Source of the DNA: Octopus bimaculoides
Taxonomy: Eukaryota
DNA length: 64,000 nucleotides
Direction: 5' to 3'
NCBI RefSeq assembly: GCF_001194135.2
Contig: NC_068982.1
Location: 60,065,555 to 60,129,554 of the forward strand
The position numbers were made by a program, and so were the translations under genes. Numbering within the stretch: the first letter of the stretch is position 1; every line of letters starts with the position of its first letter. A model generated the notes under the pieces. It ran no database searches and had not been told where the DNA came from. It saw only the letters and a program-made list of their open reading frames with translations. Shown here piece by piece: positions 37,473 through 50,624 of the stretch.

Positions 37473-38570
37473 TCATCATCATCATCGTTTAACGTCCGCT
37501 TTCCATGCTAGCATGGGTTGGACGATTTNNNNNNNNNNNNNNNNNNNNNNNNNNNNNNNNNNNNNNNNNNNNNNNNNNNNNNNNNNNNNNNNNNNNNNNN
37601 NNNNNNNNNNNNNNNNNNNNNNNNNNNNNNNNNNNNNNNNNNNNNNNNNNNNNNNNNNNNNNNNNNNNNNNNNNNNNNNNNNNNNNNNNNNNNNNNNNNN
37701 NNNNNNNNNNNNNNNNNNNNNNNNNNNNNNNNNNNNNNNNNNNNNNNNNNNNNNNNNNNNNNNNNNNNNNNNNNNNNNNNNNNNNNNNNNNNNNNNNNNN
37801 NNNNNNNNNNNNNNNNNNNNNNNNNNNNNNNNNNNNNNNNNNNNNNNNNNNNNNNNNNNNNNNNNNNNNNNNNNNNNNNNNNNNNNNNNNNNNNNNNNNN
37901 NNNNNNNNNNNNNNNNNNNNNNNNNNNNNNNNNNNNNNNNNNNNNNNNNNNNNNNNNNNNNNNNNNNNNNNNNNNNNNNNNNNNNNNNNNNNNNNNNNNN
38001 NNNNNNNNNNNNNNNNNNNNNNNNNNNNNNNNNNNNNNNNNNNNNNNNNNNNNNNNNNNNNNNNNNNNNNNNNNNNNNNNNNNNNNNNNNNNNNNNNNNN
38101 NNNNNNNNNNNNNNNNNNNNNNNNNNNNNNNNNNNNNNNNNNNNNNNNNNNNNNNNNNNNNNNNNNNNNNNNNNNNNNNNNNNNNNNNNNNNNNNNNNNN
38201 NNNNNNNNNNNNNNNNNNNNNNNNNNNNNNNNNNNNNNNNNNNNNNNNNNNNNNNNNNNNNNNNNNNNNNNNNNNNNNNNNNNNNNNNNNNNNNNNNNNN
38301 NTGGTCGCCCAGATAGCGGAAGCTATCGACTACCTCTAGTTTTTCACCCTGGAATGAGATAGAAGTTGTTTCCTGTTTGTTTACAGTCTTTATTGCACCT
38401 GAACATCTGCCACAAACAAAAACTAACTTGCTAGTTAACCTGCCTTTGATGTTGCTGCACCTCTTATGTGTCCATAGCTTGCACCAGGTACATCTTATAG
38501 AGTTACTACCTACTCCTTTTCTACATACTGAGCAGGGCCATCTACCTGAAGGGGTTTGTGTTTTATCTAC

Positions 38571-38606
<36 letters not shown>

Positions 38607-38810
38607 CTGTATTTGTCCCCCCAACTTCGCTTGACAACCGATACTGGTGAGTTTACATCCCCGTAACTTAGCAGTTCAGCAAAAAGATACCGATAGATTA
38701 AGTACTAGGCTTACAAATAATAAGTCCTGGGGTCGATTTGCTTGACTAAAGGCGGTGCCCCAGCATGGCCACAGTCAAATAACTGGAACAAGTAAAAGAG
38801 TAAAAGAGTA
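37264..38810 (+). mobile_element. SINE family A split by a LINE inserted in its microsatellite
   Basis: Head and (TA)n at 37264-37470; (TG)n and body A resume at ~38571-38810. Confidence 0.85.
37471..38570 (-). mobile_element. 5'-truncated RTE LINE (PHD finger, RT thumb region, gap, 3' tail)
   Basis: DKTQ...CSVC...CTWC..WTHKRC...CGRC...KLEVVDSFRYLGD with no stop before the gap; 3' end CCATGCTAGCATGGAAAGCGGACGTTAAAC(GAT)n. Confidence 0.85.
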
Positions 38811-39044
38811 ACTGTTTCAGTTTGTTATTTTTGAGGTAAATTTGCATTTATCTCGTTCCATGTAACAAACATCATCAGAATGATTTGAACTTTACCAGAG
38901 TAATATTGACAGGAGATCTCAAAGGTATCCAGGTGGCTGTTTGGTGGAGGTGTTCTTCTAGTTTTGAAAATTCCTTTGGTAAAGTCCACACTGTTATTGT
39001 GATCGGTAGTCTCTATGTGTATGTATGTGTCTGTGCGTGTTACT

Positions 39045-39258
39045 GTCTCTTTGTCTTGACATTACATGATAGTTGTAAATGCAAACGGTGTCCTTCATTT
39101 CTAATATTCTGTGAAAACATGTCTGACCATGGGGAAATATTACCTTATTTGGAAACAGATGAGGGTTGGAGACAGGAAGGGCATCTGGCCATAGAAAATC
39201 TGCCTCAACAAATTCCATCTAACCAATGGAAAATTAGATGTTAAACTGATGATGATTA
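39045..39258 (+). mobile_element. SINE body C (RTE-like tail)
   Basis: TCTTGACATTACATGATAGTTGTAAA...GACAGGAAGGGCATCTGGCC...GTTAAACTGATGATG. Confidence 0.7.
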
Positions 39259-40289
39259 TGATTATATTTTATAAACTTAATTTCATTACCTTTTATTTCA
39301 GTTAGCTTTTTAATGTTCCCTTCATAAAATATGTTAACACTAACTTAATATGGCTAACCAGAACCTATGAAAACATGTTAAAACAGAGGTGAATAAGCTA
39401 ATTAATTATCTTATTAATGCCTTTAGAGTATTTCACTGTTTTATGACAAAGTATACAGTGTAAAACTTTGATGTTTAATTAGTAAATTACAATTACTTCA
39501 ATAGGATCATTAATAAAATACAGTAAAAATTGCATATTTCAACTGAAGAATACATGTTACACTTTAATTTCATGTAAGATAGTGTAGCAGTGTTCATCCA
39601 TGACTTTTGCATGTACCTCCCAGATTGATGAAAATGATGTGGATAATGTTCAGGATGAACATCATCAAATCAGTGTCTGTAAAAAAATATAGGCTGAGAA
39701 AGTATTTCAGAGAATAACACTTTTGTGGAAAAAGAAAAAAAAATGAGAGTGGGGTGTGTTTAGTGTAGCATGAAGATGAGACACAGAAATAAAAGGCTAT
39801 TTCTCGAAGGAATTTGCCAATAACTGTTTGTTCAGATGTGCAGAGGCCATTGTAGTAATGTCGAGAAGAGTCAGATAAGAACAAATATAAAGGAGTTGAA
39901 GCCTGTTGTTGTTTCATCATGGATGTTGATGTGTAAAGTAGCAGCATATCCTACCCTTAACACATTCTACTGAAAGAAGAAATATAAGAAATTTCATAAA
40001 CTATAATTTCCTTTTCAGTGATTACATTCCCAATCTTTTTTTACTCATCAAGTGTCCCCCAAAAGCCATCTCCCTCACTTCCTCTTTCGTCTTCTATTCA
40101 TCAGTCTATCCCTGAAATGCTCCAGTAATCTATCAGTTCTTACTGTGAAAAGAGATTACAAGCTCTTTGCTCAGCTCTTTCTCGAAAAAAGGACATAAAT
40201 GGTTCCTGCATGATGCTTCTCTCAGTACGATATAACTGAGAGGGAGAGAGGATGTGATTCCAGTATTTCACTGGGTTTTTTTTTTTTTT

Positions 40290-40400
40290 TATTAACTTCA
40301 GAAGAATGTAAAGTTGACCTCAGCAGGATTTGAACTTACAATGCAGAAAACTAGAACAAACACTGCAAGGTATTTAATCCAACGCTCTAAGAATTCTGTC
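40290..40400 (-). mobile_element. SINE family B fragment
   Basis: AAAGTTGACCTCAGCAGGATTTGAACT is the reverse B-box region. Confidence 0.55.
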
Positions 40401-42270
40401 TAGTTTCATCTTTTTCTAATGTTAAATATAGATGAGTATAGATACTGTAAAGTTTATTTGCCAACACAATGTGGCAGTCGAAAATACAACAGCAATTTAC
40501 CAAGAAAATCATGGTGCAGACTTACTTAGGCATTGTAAGCATTTAAGCTGTTTTGCTTTGATATAGGAGAAAGATATTGTTGTTGGTGATAGTTTTTAGC
40601 CCTAGGTCATCTAAATGTATGATCAAAAGCACTTCAGCCATGAGCATTTCCTCAGTATGTTTATCAAGTACCACATTGTTATTTTTCTTCCTTTTTTAAA
40701 ACAGTGAAAATGATGATTTGAGGGAGATTTGACTGCTATTTCTACCAGCTTGAGGAACAACCACATAGTGGCTCCTTTGTTGGCAGACTTAAATAATTAC
40801 TAAAGATGGTGTTATTACAATATGCAGGCATATTTAAGATGCCTAGCAAATTTTAAATCAATAAACCAGATTGAATTTTATATTGTCCCTTCTTATCTAT
40901 AGAATACAACAGAGACATTACAGTGAAATATAGATTGATTTTCATCACAAACTATAGTTGCTGCAGCACTTAATGTTGACATGTACTTATTAAATGGATC
41001 TTCTGCATAAATATGCAAAGTAAACATTTGAAGTGCTGCACAAACGCTGTTGTTTATTAGCATTGATCAATCAATACAAAAGAAAGAGCTTAGCAAGGAA
41101 AAATATTCTACACTATTGAAAAGTCTATGTTGAAATTATTGAAATTGGGATGGGAAGAAACAATACCACATCGGTTGTCACAAAAGCTTCCATGTGTTAG
41201 CCATTTATTTATTTTATTTATTTTTATTGCTTATTCTGTTTTCTTCAGAGTTACAGCATTCAACAAATCAACCATATAATTATTAAAGTCACTAATTTAG
41301 CTGTCACAAAAAGTAAATGCAAAAATCTAAACGCTATTATTATTATTATTATCATTATTATTATTATTATTATGCAGAATGCCTAAGAATGTATTTGAAT
41401 TGCCTAATAAAGAGAATGAGTGATTCAAAGTACAAGCCATATTTATGAAGGAGTTGACAACTGTTTTATGTTTTTTACATGCATTCTGCATTCAATTTTC
41501 TATCTAGATTACGATAGCAAGAGACCAGCCAATAGTTATCAAATGGCTCTTATTCATAATTGTTTTTGTTATTATTTTGTTTCATTCTGGGTTTTTTTTA
41601 AATCATTCTAAAACATTTTTCATTTCTACCTTTACAATTCCAGCTAAATATTTCGAAATTCCTTTCAAAAAGAAATTATTGGATATAGAACCAGTAATAT
41701 ATTGACAACATATAAAATATAAAGATAAATTATTTCTCACATATGAATATAGGCCCCATGTAGTAAAAGGAAGGAGTATAGTAAACCCACCATATTGATA
41801 TCAATATTTTACTGTTACTTATTTTATTGCAAGCTTGATCATATTTGGATTTACTTGCTGAGACCAAATATTGTATCCATTTCTGTTACAAATTCTCAAA
41901 ACTAATACATTATGCAAATACAAGGTACAGTACTAACTTAACTACCACCAGAAAGGTAAATTCATCCTCCATTGAGGAGTGAGAAGTTACATTGAATTAT
42001 ACTTTGTGGTTGAGTATACCACAGATAGTTGTACCCTTATCTTAACTCTCAGATAAAAATCGATGTGACATTGTGTATGACAAAGCTGGTTTTTAGAATT
42101 ACTGGTACAGTTCAAAACAGCTTGATTAAACCCAGAACCCAATGGTTGTTTAGCAAACTTATAAATCTTTCAGCCATGCTGGTGCCAATCGGGACCTATT
42201 GTGGCATGGACACACTAAGCAGTTGCCTAGGAGCCCCACTGGTTCTAGCTGCCCAATTATGATCAACTTA

Positions 42271-43120
42271 TCAGGTTGTAACGAAAGTTCTGTCTGTTTT
42301 TTCGTTTTGGAGGATAATTATAAGACATGATTACACTAATCTAGTTTCTAAATAATATTAGTAGCTATCTAAATCACTAAAATATTATTTCTGCTTTCAG
42401 ATGACCCAAATATACATTATAAGTAAAGTGCACATACAGCATGATTTGCTATTTGAATTCCAGAAGGAGAATACAGCAAGCTCGGCAGCAAAATCACTCA
42501 AAAACACATATGGAAATGATGTGGTGAATGAAAGGACCTGCAGAAGAAAGAGTGACTTCAAAAAGGATGACTTCAGTCTAAAAGAAGAAGCAACAGAAGG
42601 ACGCCCCAAAGAACTCAATTCTTAGGAATTGCAAGCTACTGTGGATGAAAAATACAACCATTACAACTAAGGAACTGAGCAATGAGTTTAATGTGGGCCA
42701 TACGTATGACCATCTACTGTGAAATAACAGGAGGCTTGGTAAAGTCTCTAAGGCAGGAAGATGGATTCCACATGATCTGTCAAAAAACAATTGCAAACAA
42801 CGTGTGGACTGCTGTGTCTCATTGCATTCTCGTGAACTTCAAACATCCTTTTTTTTAGACAGAATCATTATTACTAGAGATGAGAAGTGCATTCTCTACA
42901 ATAATATTAAGCACAAAAGACAGTGGCCTCAGCCGTAATTCAAGGCCTATCCAACAGCTTCGTAGTGGTCTGCATCCAGAGTGTATGGGGGAACATGAGG
43001 GGAATTGTTTATTATGAGCTGTTAGGTGACAATCAAACAATAACAGCTGAAGTTTATGGCCAGCATTTAAGATGTTTAAAAACAGTTTTGCAGAGAAAAC
43101 GGCCTTCATTATATTGCCAC
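42271..43120 (+). mobile_element. Mariner (DD34D-type) transposase pseudogene, 3' truncated
   Basis: TA-TCAGGTTG TIR; HTH-like N-terminus; WIPHDL (WVPHEL motif) 42762-79; TRDEKCILYNN; VWGNMRGIVYYELLGDNQTITAEVY; several stops and frameshifts. Confidence 0.9.
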
Positions 43121-43127
43121 AAATATT

Positions 43128-43322
43128 GATTTCAAATTTTGGCACAAGGCCAGCAAGGTCGTGGCAGGGGTTAAATCAATTACATTGACCTCAGTGTTTA
43201 ACTGGTATTTACTTTTCAACCCTGAAAGGATGAAAACCAAAGTCAACCCCATCATCATTTGAACTGAAAGCATAAAGATGGATGAAATATAACTTATGCT
43301 AATGATTTTGCCAGCTCACCAC
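43128..43322 (-). mobile_element. SINE family B
   Basis: Full reverse copy at the point where the mariner relic ends. Confidence 0.75.
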
Positions 43323-43844
43323 TTTATATTGTCAAAGATATTAACAAAACATCTGATTTCAACCTTCAATAAAAAGTTTTATCATAAAATTATTCAGAAC
43401 TGTCACCAGCAGCATTGCTGACCAGAACTTGTTTTATTGTTCTTTCAATAGGCATGAACATAGCTTTGCAGTTGAGACATGTTTGCCTCCAAACCAAGTG
43501 AGATTTGAACTCAGAACACAGGGAGTCAGAACAAGTATCACATAACATTGTATTTGGTGGTTTACTGATTCGGCCGATTTGACATCAGGTAGGAACTGTG
43601 AAAAAAACCCAAAACAGTTTCCATGGTTTCATCTGGAGATCTATAGCCAGTATCTCACCACCATAACAGAGACACAATACCATAATATATGGGTGGGTTT
43701 GTCTCTGAGTGTGCCTGTATCTGTGTATATATGAAAGAGGGATAGAAAGTGATAATGGAAAGAGAGAGGTTAGTAGATTTTGAACCCAGAAGAATAAAAG
43801 CTGAAGTTGATTTTGGCAGGATTTGAACTCAGACTACAATGGGC

Positions 43845-44060
43845 TGTAATTAAATATTTGTCATTATCTTTTACTCGCTTCATTCATTGGACTGAGGCCA
43901 TGCTGGAAGACTGCCCTCAAAGGATTTTAGCTGAACAGAGTGTCCCCCCAGCCTACCCAATACTTATGGTTTTGAGTCTAGTACTTAAGCTATCAGTATC
44001 TTTTGCTGAGCCAATAAGTTACAAGGACATGAACAAACCAACATCAGTTGTCAAGTGGTG
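43845..44060 (-). mobile_element. SINE family A body, diverged
   Basis: Reverse body A. Confidence 0.6.
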
Positions 44061-44074
44061 GGAGAACAAACACA

Positions 44075-44295
44075 TCATTTTAACTTCTACTTTTCCAGAC
44101 TTTCATGAGTCAGACAGAAATCATTGAAGCAGATTTTATATGGCCAGATGCCTTTCCTGTCATCAACCCTCATCTGTTTCCAAGCAAAGTATTGTTTTCC
44201 CATGGCTGGACATAGTTTCATAGATGAAAATAAAGAACATCATTTGTATGGTGGCAATATACATTTACAACTATCACACAAAATCAAAACAAGGA
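44075..44295 (-). mobile_element. SINE body C
   Basis: GATGCCTTTCCTGTCATCAACCCTCATCTGTTTCCAAGCAAAG. Confidence 0.65.
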
Positions 44296-44693
44296 GACAC
44301 AAATATTATATATACATATAGATATTGATATATAAATGTAAGATCCAAGGATCAAGGTGTAGGAAGAAAATAAGCTTCTAGCAGTCTGAAGAAAATTTAA
44401 AAGAACAACTTTCAGGAACAATAGTGGTTTATTGAGGTGGAAGGTTGTGGATTTTTTTCATATCGAACTATAAGCTGAAAACCATTATTCCATGACAGGC
44501 AGCCAGGGTTGCAAGTAGAAATCCAAGAGTTAAGGAATGGAGTAGATAAAATCCAGGCTACATATGTTTCATAGTGAGTGGAGCCTCAGAAGTGATAAAT
44601 ATCCAGGTAGGGTGTATATGGCAGGTAACTCTTCAGACCAATTACTAAGAGAAGAACATATTTGTGATTGAATTAAATTTGACTGAGACAGGT

Positions 44694-45131
44694 GCTGGCA
44701 TGGTTTAGGCATGGCGGTTGGATAAGAAGTTCGCTTTCCAATGACGTGCTTTTGGGTTCAGTCACCTTGGCACCTTGGGCAACAAAAGCCTTTTAAGTGG
44801 ATTTGGTAGATGGAAAAACTTTCTTCCAACCACATGGTTTGAGGTTCAGTTGTACTGCATGGCACCTTTGGCAAGTATCTTCTACCATAGCCTCAGGCTG
44901 ACCAAAACCTTGTGTGTGGATTTGGTAGACAGAAAGTGAAAGAAGCTTGTCATATGTGTATGTGTGGTGTGTTTATGTCCCCGTCACTTAGCAATTCAGC
45001 AAAAGAGACTGACAGAATAAGTGCCAGGCTTAGAAAGAAAATAAGTACTGGGGTTGATTCATTTGACTAAAAATTCTTCAAGGTGGTGCCCCAGCATGGC
45101 CACAGCCTAATGACTGAGACAAATAAAAGAT
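44694..45131 (+). mobile_element. SINE family A with a tandemly duplicated head
   Basis: Head sequence occurs twice (44700-44815, 44820-44950) before body A. Confidence 0.7.
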
Positions 45132-45147
45132 AAATGATATATTTGTG

Positions 45148-45194
<47 letters not shown>

Positions 45195-45209
45195 ATGTGT
45201 GTGTATTAT

Positions 45210-45437
45210 TGTTTCTTTGTCTTGACTTTGCTTGATAGTTGTAAACGAGTGCCCCTATCATACAAGTGGTGTCCTTTATTTCCAGTCTTCTGTGAAAAAA
45301 ATATCTTGTTATGGAGGAGTATTGCCTAACTTGGAAACTGACAGGAGTTAGCAACAGGAGGGGAATTTGGCCATAGAAAATTCAGTTCTGCAAGTTCCAT
45401 CCAACATGGGAAAGTGGACCTTTACACAATGACGATG
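45210..45437 (+). mobile_element. SINE body C
   Basis: TTGACTTTGCTTGATAGTTGTAAACG...CAGGAGGGGAATTTGGCCATAG. Confidence 0.6.
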
Positions 45438-45538
45438 ACTTCAAGTTACACCTCATGGCTCAGCCAACCATTCAGACTAAATAAAACTTATAACCATTCT
45501 GTATTTTGTGATTTGCATTTCCTCAAACTATCTAAAGT

Positions 45539-45663
45539 TACATTATTTACATTGGACGGATATGTGTCCTCATTTTATGTCCTCATCTTGTGTCCTCATC
45601 TTGTGTCCTCATATCGTCCAATGTAAATAAAGCACAGAATTCCTCATCCCTAAAATATAGAAC
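45539..45663 (+). mobile_element. Internally deleted relative of the 21566-21970 element
   Basis: Inverted arms TTATTTACATTGGACGGATAT / ATATCGTCCAATGTAAATAA; four TGTCCTCAT units; 3' end AATTCCTCATCCCTAAAATATAGAAC matches 21943-21967. Confidence 0.75.
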
Positions 45664-46223
45664 AGTATAATTTAAAGTTAGACCTAAAGGGTGCTGCTTT
45701 CATTTCACATTTTCTTTCTTCTATAAGACATTAAACTGCATCTGGTGGTAAGGTTCCAGTTTTAGGAGCTGTGAGGTGTGTGGAATTGCCCCTTAATTAC
45801 CAGTATTCTCACATCCATTCAGACCTGTCAGGGCCCTATCTATGGATTAAATAGCTTTTTTTAAGGGTAGATTGAGTTTCATTAGCTGCTGTGAAAGCAA
45901 ACAATCTAGGACAAGGAAAATCCAAAAATTAATCCCCTCCTCCAACATGCCCTAAGCCTGCACAAAAGAGTATGTCTGATGAAACTAACATGAGCTATGT
46001 CCAATAATATACTCTGATACATACTCTGAAGGTAACTACCTCGTGTTAGTGTGCATTCTGCTGCAAGTGGAGAGAGAGTGGGAGATGATGATGATGATCA
46101 TCAGTCTCACAGAATTTTTGAGTTGACAACATAAAATTTGTTGATAAAAGCAATGAGTATCATCCACAATTAGTTAGAGAAGATATCAGTTGAAAGAAGG
46201 AAACCAAATTTACACAAGTGTAG

Positions 46224-46380
46224 GTATGGCTGTGTTGTAAAGAGGTTCGCTTAGCAACCACATGGGTTTGGGTTCAGTTCTGTGGCACAGCAGCTTAAAA
46301 AAATGTTTTCTACTACAGCTTCTGCCAACAAATACCTTGTGAGTTTAGTATGCAGAAACAGTGTGAGAGCCCAGCATATA

Positions 46381-46412
<32 letters not shown>

Positions 46413-46595
46413 CAGCTTGTCCCTCTCTAACTTAGCAGTTTGATAAAAAGAAAAAAAAAGACCACTACAATAGGCACTAGACATAAAATAAGTACTAGGG
46501 TTGATTTGATCAACTAAGCCCCTCAATGCAGAGCCCAAAATGGCTGTAGTCCAATGACTGAAACCGGTAAAAGAATAAAAGATGAATAAAAGAGT
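46224..46595 (+). mobile_element. SINE family A, diverged
   Basis: Head, (TG)n, body and tail. Confidence 0.75.
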
Positions 46596-49356
46596 AACTA
46601 CTTTGGCCATTCAAAAATGTGTAAAGTGACTGATTAAAATGGAAATGCTTCTACTAGTGATCAACCTAACCCTGTATGAGTTTTATAAATTAGCTTGTAA
46701 ACAACTGCAAGATATTCCAGAGAGAAAAAAAAAAAATGTGTTTTAAAATTTTGCATCAAAATGTTATTAATGACTGGAAAATTTTGATAGTCTTTCGGCA
46801 AAAAAAGAAAAAAGAAAAATTATTTGACAAAACTATGATGAGATCTACAGTGGAATGATTCCTGACTGCTCACAGTTTGGGGTTTTATTGTTTTTAATTA
46901 CTTTTTATCACATATTTGAATCTAAAGCTTGCTTTGTTTTGTCTTCATGGTAATAAGCAGCATCTAGGATATATGGGAAATAGGGAAATACATAAAAGAA
47001 TATGGTGGAATAATTATGACATGAAGCAGCCAGGAAAAATGGACATAACTGTATAGAAATTGATAGGAAGACGGAAGCATAACAGCACTTTAATGAAGCA
47101 TTGAAGTCAGTGTACATAAATCAAGAAATAATTATTTCATTGGCTAACATAAAGGTATATTACATTTGACAAAAACTAAGGAAGTGTTTAGGATAAATTA
47201 GATACCTATGAAGTATAAATAGGCACATACACAACACACATACACACAGAGTATATGCCAATGCAATGTATACACATAAGCATATCTCTATGTGTGGCTT
47301 TATAATCTACATTTTTATACAACTATACACATATATAAAATAGAAGCCTTGATACATGCATTGTTTATGTTTTGTGTGCGTGTATGTGTGATCATGTGTG
47401 TAACTCTAACACTGCAAGAATGTAAACATATAAAGTTAAAACAAAACGTAAAAATATATAAAAGAACTGATCCAAATTTTATGTTTTCAAGTTTGATATT
47501 ATTGACCCAACACACAAGGAAATAACATCATGCATCAGGGATATGAAATTTTACAAAATAAAAGAGCAAAACAAACTGAGTCAGCTGAAAAACTTTCTAT
47601 ACGACAAGTAGATTTCTCCTCTATGCTAAAGAACAGCTTCAAAACATTTTTCAGAGCTATTAAAAGAAATTGTTTCTAAAATAACAATAGCAAACACCAG
47701 TAGAAAAGTAAAAGAGATTAGCCTTATTTTGGAGAGAGGAATGATCACCCGAGCTGCAAGGACTTTGTAAAATGAAATGAGGTGGTACAACTTACTAAAT
47801 GACGAACACAAAAGGAGCGCTTCACATATTCTATATGGCTAAAGGAATCACAGATATGAAAATAAGCATCGTCCATAGAGAAACGAAAAGCAGGAAGTTT
47901 GAAAGAATACAACAAACAGGATTAGAAACTGGCCATACATCATTAATTTAAGAGGGAGAAAAAAGAAAGAGAATCCAAACATATAGACATATCAATCCAT
48001 TTCCTGCAAATATATGCATACATACATATATATACATGGATACATACATATATTATAAATATATGCCTCTCAGAATAAACACACATTTTCACAAAGTTTA
48101 CCTAAATGCATTTATGTGTAAAAGGATATATGTGTTTATGTACACACACATACTGCACATATTGGTACTCTCTTCAAATTGAAAAGATAGATACACATGC
48201 ATGCACATGCACACACATTTCAGTGTATGCACACATGTATATTCTATAAAAGAATTATACTGTTGCTTATTGGTATTTTTATATCAAAGTTTTACAAATT
48301 TTGTTGTTATGGACATTTTGCTATTGTTTTACTTTTTAAACAAATATTTTCACTTATATCTTTTACCAATGTTTAATGTATTTTTTTTTTCTGTTCTTTT
48401 CTGTTATTTTATATTATTTTTTTTATTATCAAACTCCCTTTTCAATATTCTGCAAAGAAAATTACTGTTTAATTCCGTCTAAAGTAAAAATTGCAGTGGA
48501 ATAATACAATTAATGTTCCGTTATTTTCTGCTCCTATCGTTATCGCCAAAGATAATGAAAACAAAAAAAAAAATAACAAAAGCAAAAAACAAAAAACCCG
48601 CAGAAAGACAAAACAATAAAAGTAGACAACTTTGCAGGAGTATTTCCTATTTAACATAAGAAATCAAAATTAAATTTCAACAAGCTTTATGACTTCCAAA
48701 TACTTTGTGGAACAGTGCAGAAAGAAATGATCAACAAATATTTATTTCAAAGAATTAACATCACTTCTGCACAAGATTAAATTAGTTGTTGCTACAATTA
48801 TTATTGTTGTAAAAAGAGAGAGAGAAGCTGAAGTTTTATGTATTTAGATGAATGAGGTGTGTGAATGTGTGTGTGTGAGGAGAAAGTTCTTTGGCTGTTG
48901 TTTTTCTACATCTTCCGCCACGCTCGCATACCTTTTCATATAATCTTTTTATAGTATTGTCTATATATTTACATTGGTTAATTTTTTTTTTTTTTTTTTT
49001 GGCATTCTGAACAAATAAGCAAAACCTAAAACACACACAGACACACATTATTGTTCCATATCATATCTATCGATAATTCATTGATATATAGATAAAACTA
49101 TTATTTGATATAGTTTAAAAGAACTATGATTTATATTTTAAGCTACAAGTAGAGTCAATTATCAATATGTAATCAGATTATTCTACTAATGTTTATAATT
49201 AACTCCCATTACTGTCACAAGTTAAATAGAAAGTCTATCCAAAACAGCATCACAATAAATTTGTTACTAAGAAAATATATATACATACATACACAAACCC
49301 ATATATACAAGTATATATATAGTCATACAAACAGATATATAGATACACACATATAT

Positions 49357-49393
<37 letters not shown>

Positions 49394-49745
49394 TACATAA
49401 AGACATATTCACACACACAAACACACATTATGTGTGTATGCAATTATGGGTACATGTCCGTTTATATTCAAACATGGGAAAACCTTCACTACACAGAAAC
49501 TGTCTTGGAAGAGAAATTCTCCTTATAGACAATGTTGGTGCTGTGATCTGCACCAATATATTAGCTCATATAGAAACAATAAGTCATCTGGAAAATGTAT
49601 ACCAGATTAACAAATAGTTAGTCTATCAAGCAAAGTAAAAGTTGAACCAAATTCAAATCCCTTTCTCCAAGGGTCTGTCTGATAAAATTCATAAAATCTG
49701 CAACTCATATATCATCAAAATGAGCTGATAGAGAAGCTTCTACAT

Positions 49746-50018
49746 CAGTGGTTCCCAACTGGGGTCAGTATGGCCCTTAGGGGTTATTATGGGCTTTGAG
49801 GCTCCATATAAGATTTGGTTGTTAAAATATTTTATGTATTGAAGTATAACCAATTTACTGCAGATAAATTTTGAGAATTTATTTTATACAATTCCAGATA
49901 ATATCTAATTATAAAAGTATAAGATTTTTTTTAAACGTCAAATGGATCGGAGGGTCCAGTTGAGTAAAATAGGAATCAAAGAGTAAAAATAGGTAAAAAA
50001 AATGGTTGAGAATTAGTG
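49746..50018. mobile_element. hAT (Charlie-like) MITE
   Basis: TIR CAGTGGTTCCCAAC / GTTGAGAATTAGTG; 8-bp TSD TTCTACAT / TTCAACAT (7 of 8 match). Confidence 0.8.
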
Positions 50019-50624
50019 TTCAACATGACCGTTTTACTTGTTAGAAATAGAAGCTAAATATTCCTCAAATTCTTCCTGGCTGTTGCAAAGAAAAGGAAAG
50101 AATACTTTGAACAATATAGATTTAAACATATAAAAAGACAGCATGGTCGTAGTTGGGTTGTCTTTGATATTTTATAATTATAGCACCAGCTTGGAACCCA
50201 GCACTCTCAGAACTGCGTTTAGAAGTAACAGTGCACTGCAAAATTCCTCATCACAATAACAAAACCTGCCCAAGAGTAGTTAATACTTAGTTATATTAAT
50301 AACAGCCCATACACTTGCGGAAGAAAATCTTAAAAGGAGAAATTGGGAGTTCCTCTAAAGATAAGTATAAAGGAATATGAGAAAGTCTTAGAGGGAAGTG
50401 AAACATCTGAGAGAGGAATAGCTGAACTCATATGATAAGAAGGAAAAGCCTAAACCACTATGGAATCAGAATTTCCACAATTCATAAAGAACTATATTGG
50501 AAACTTTGAAAAAATTTTAGAACATGGTACTTATAACACTTAGTGATAATCTAGTCAATTATCTTAGCATGGACCAAAACTCAGTATAGCAGCATTTAGT
50601 GAAAAATATAGTTAAATAACTTTA

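Noticed and set aside
39590-39960. Possible piggyBac C-terminal relic (TVCSDVQRPL)
   Set aside because: Too degenerate, with no TIR pair or DDD motifs.
44535-44640. Minus-strand CUGAAGA ... GAAACAUAUGUA with a palindromic helix III
   Set aside because: About 60 nt separate the core halves with no closing stem II, and stem I is weak.
45565-45612. Short direct repeats resembling a mini CRISPR array
   Set aside because: Eukaryotic context, no unique spacers, and explained as slippage inside a repeat.
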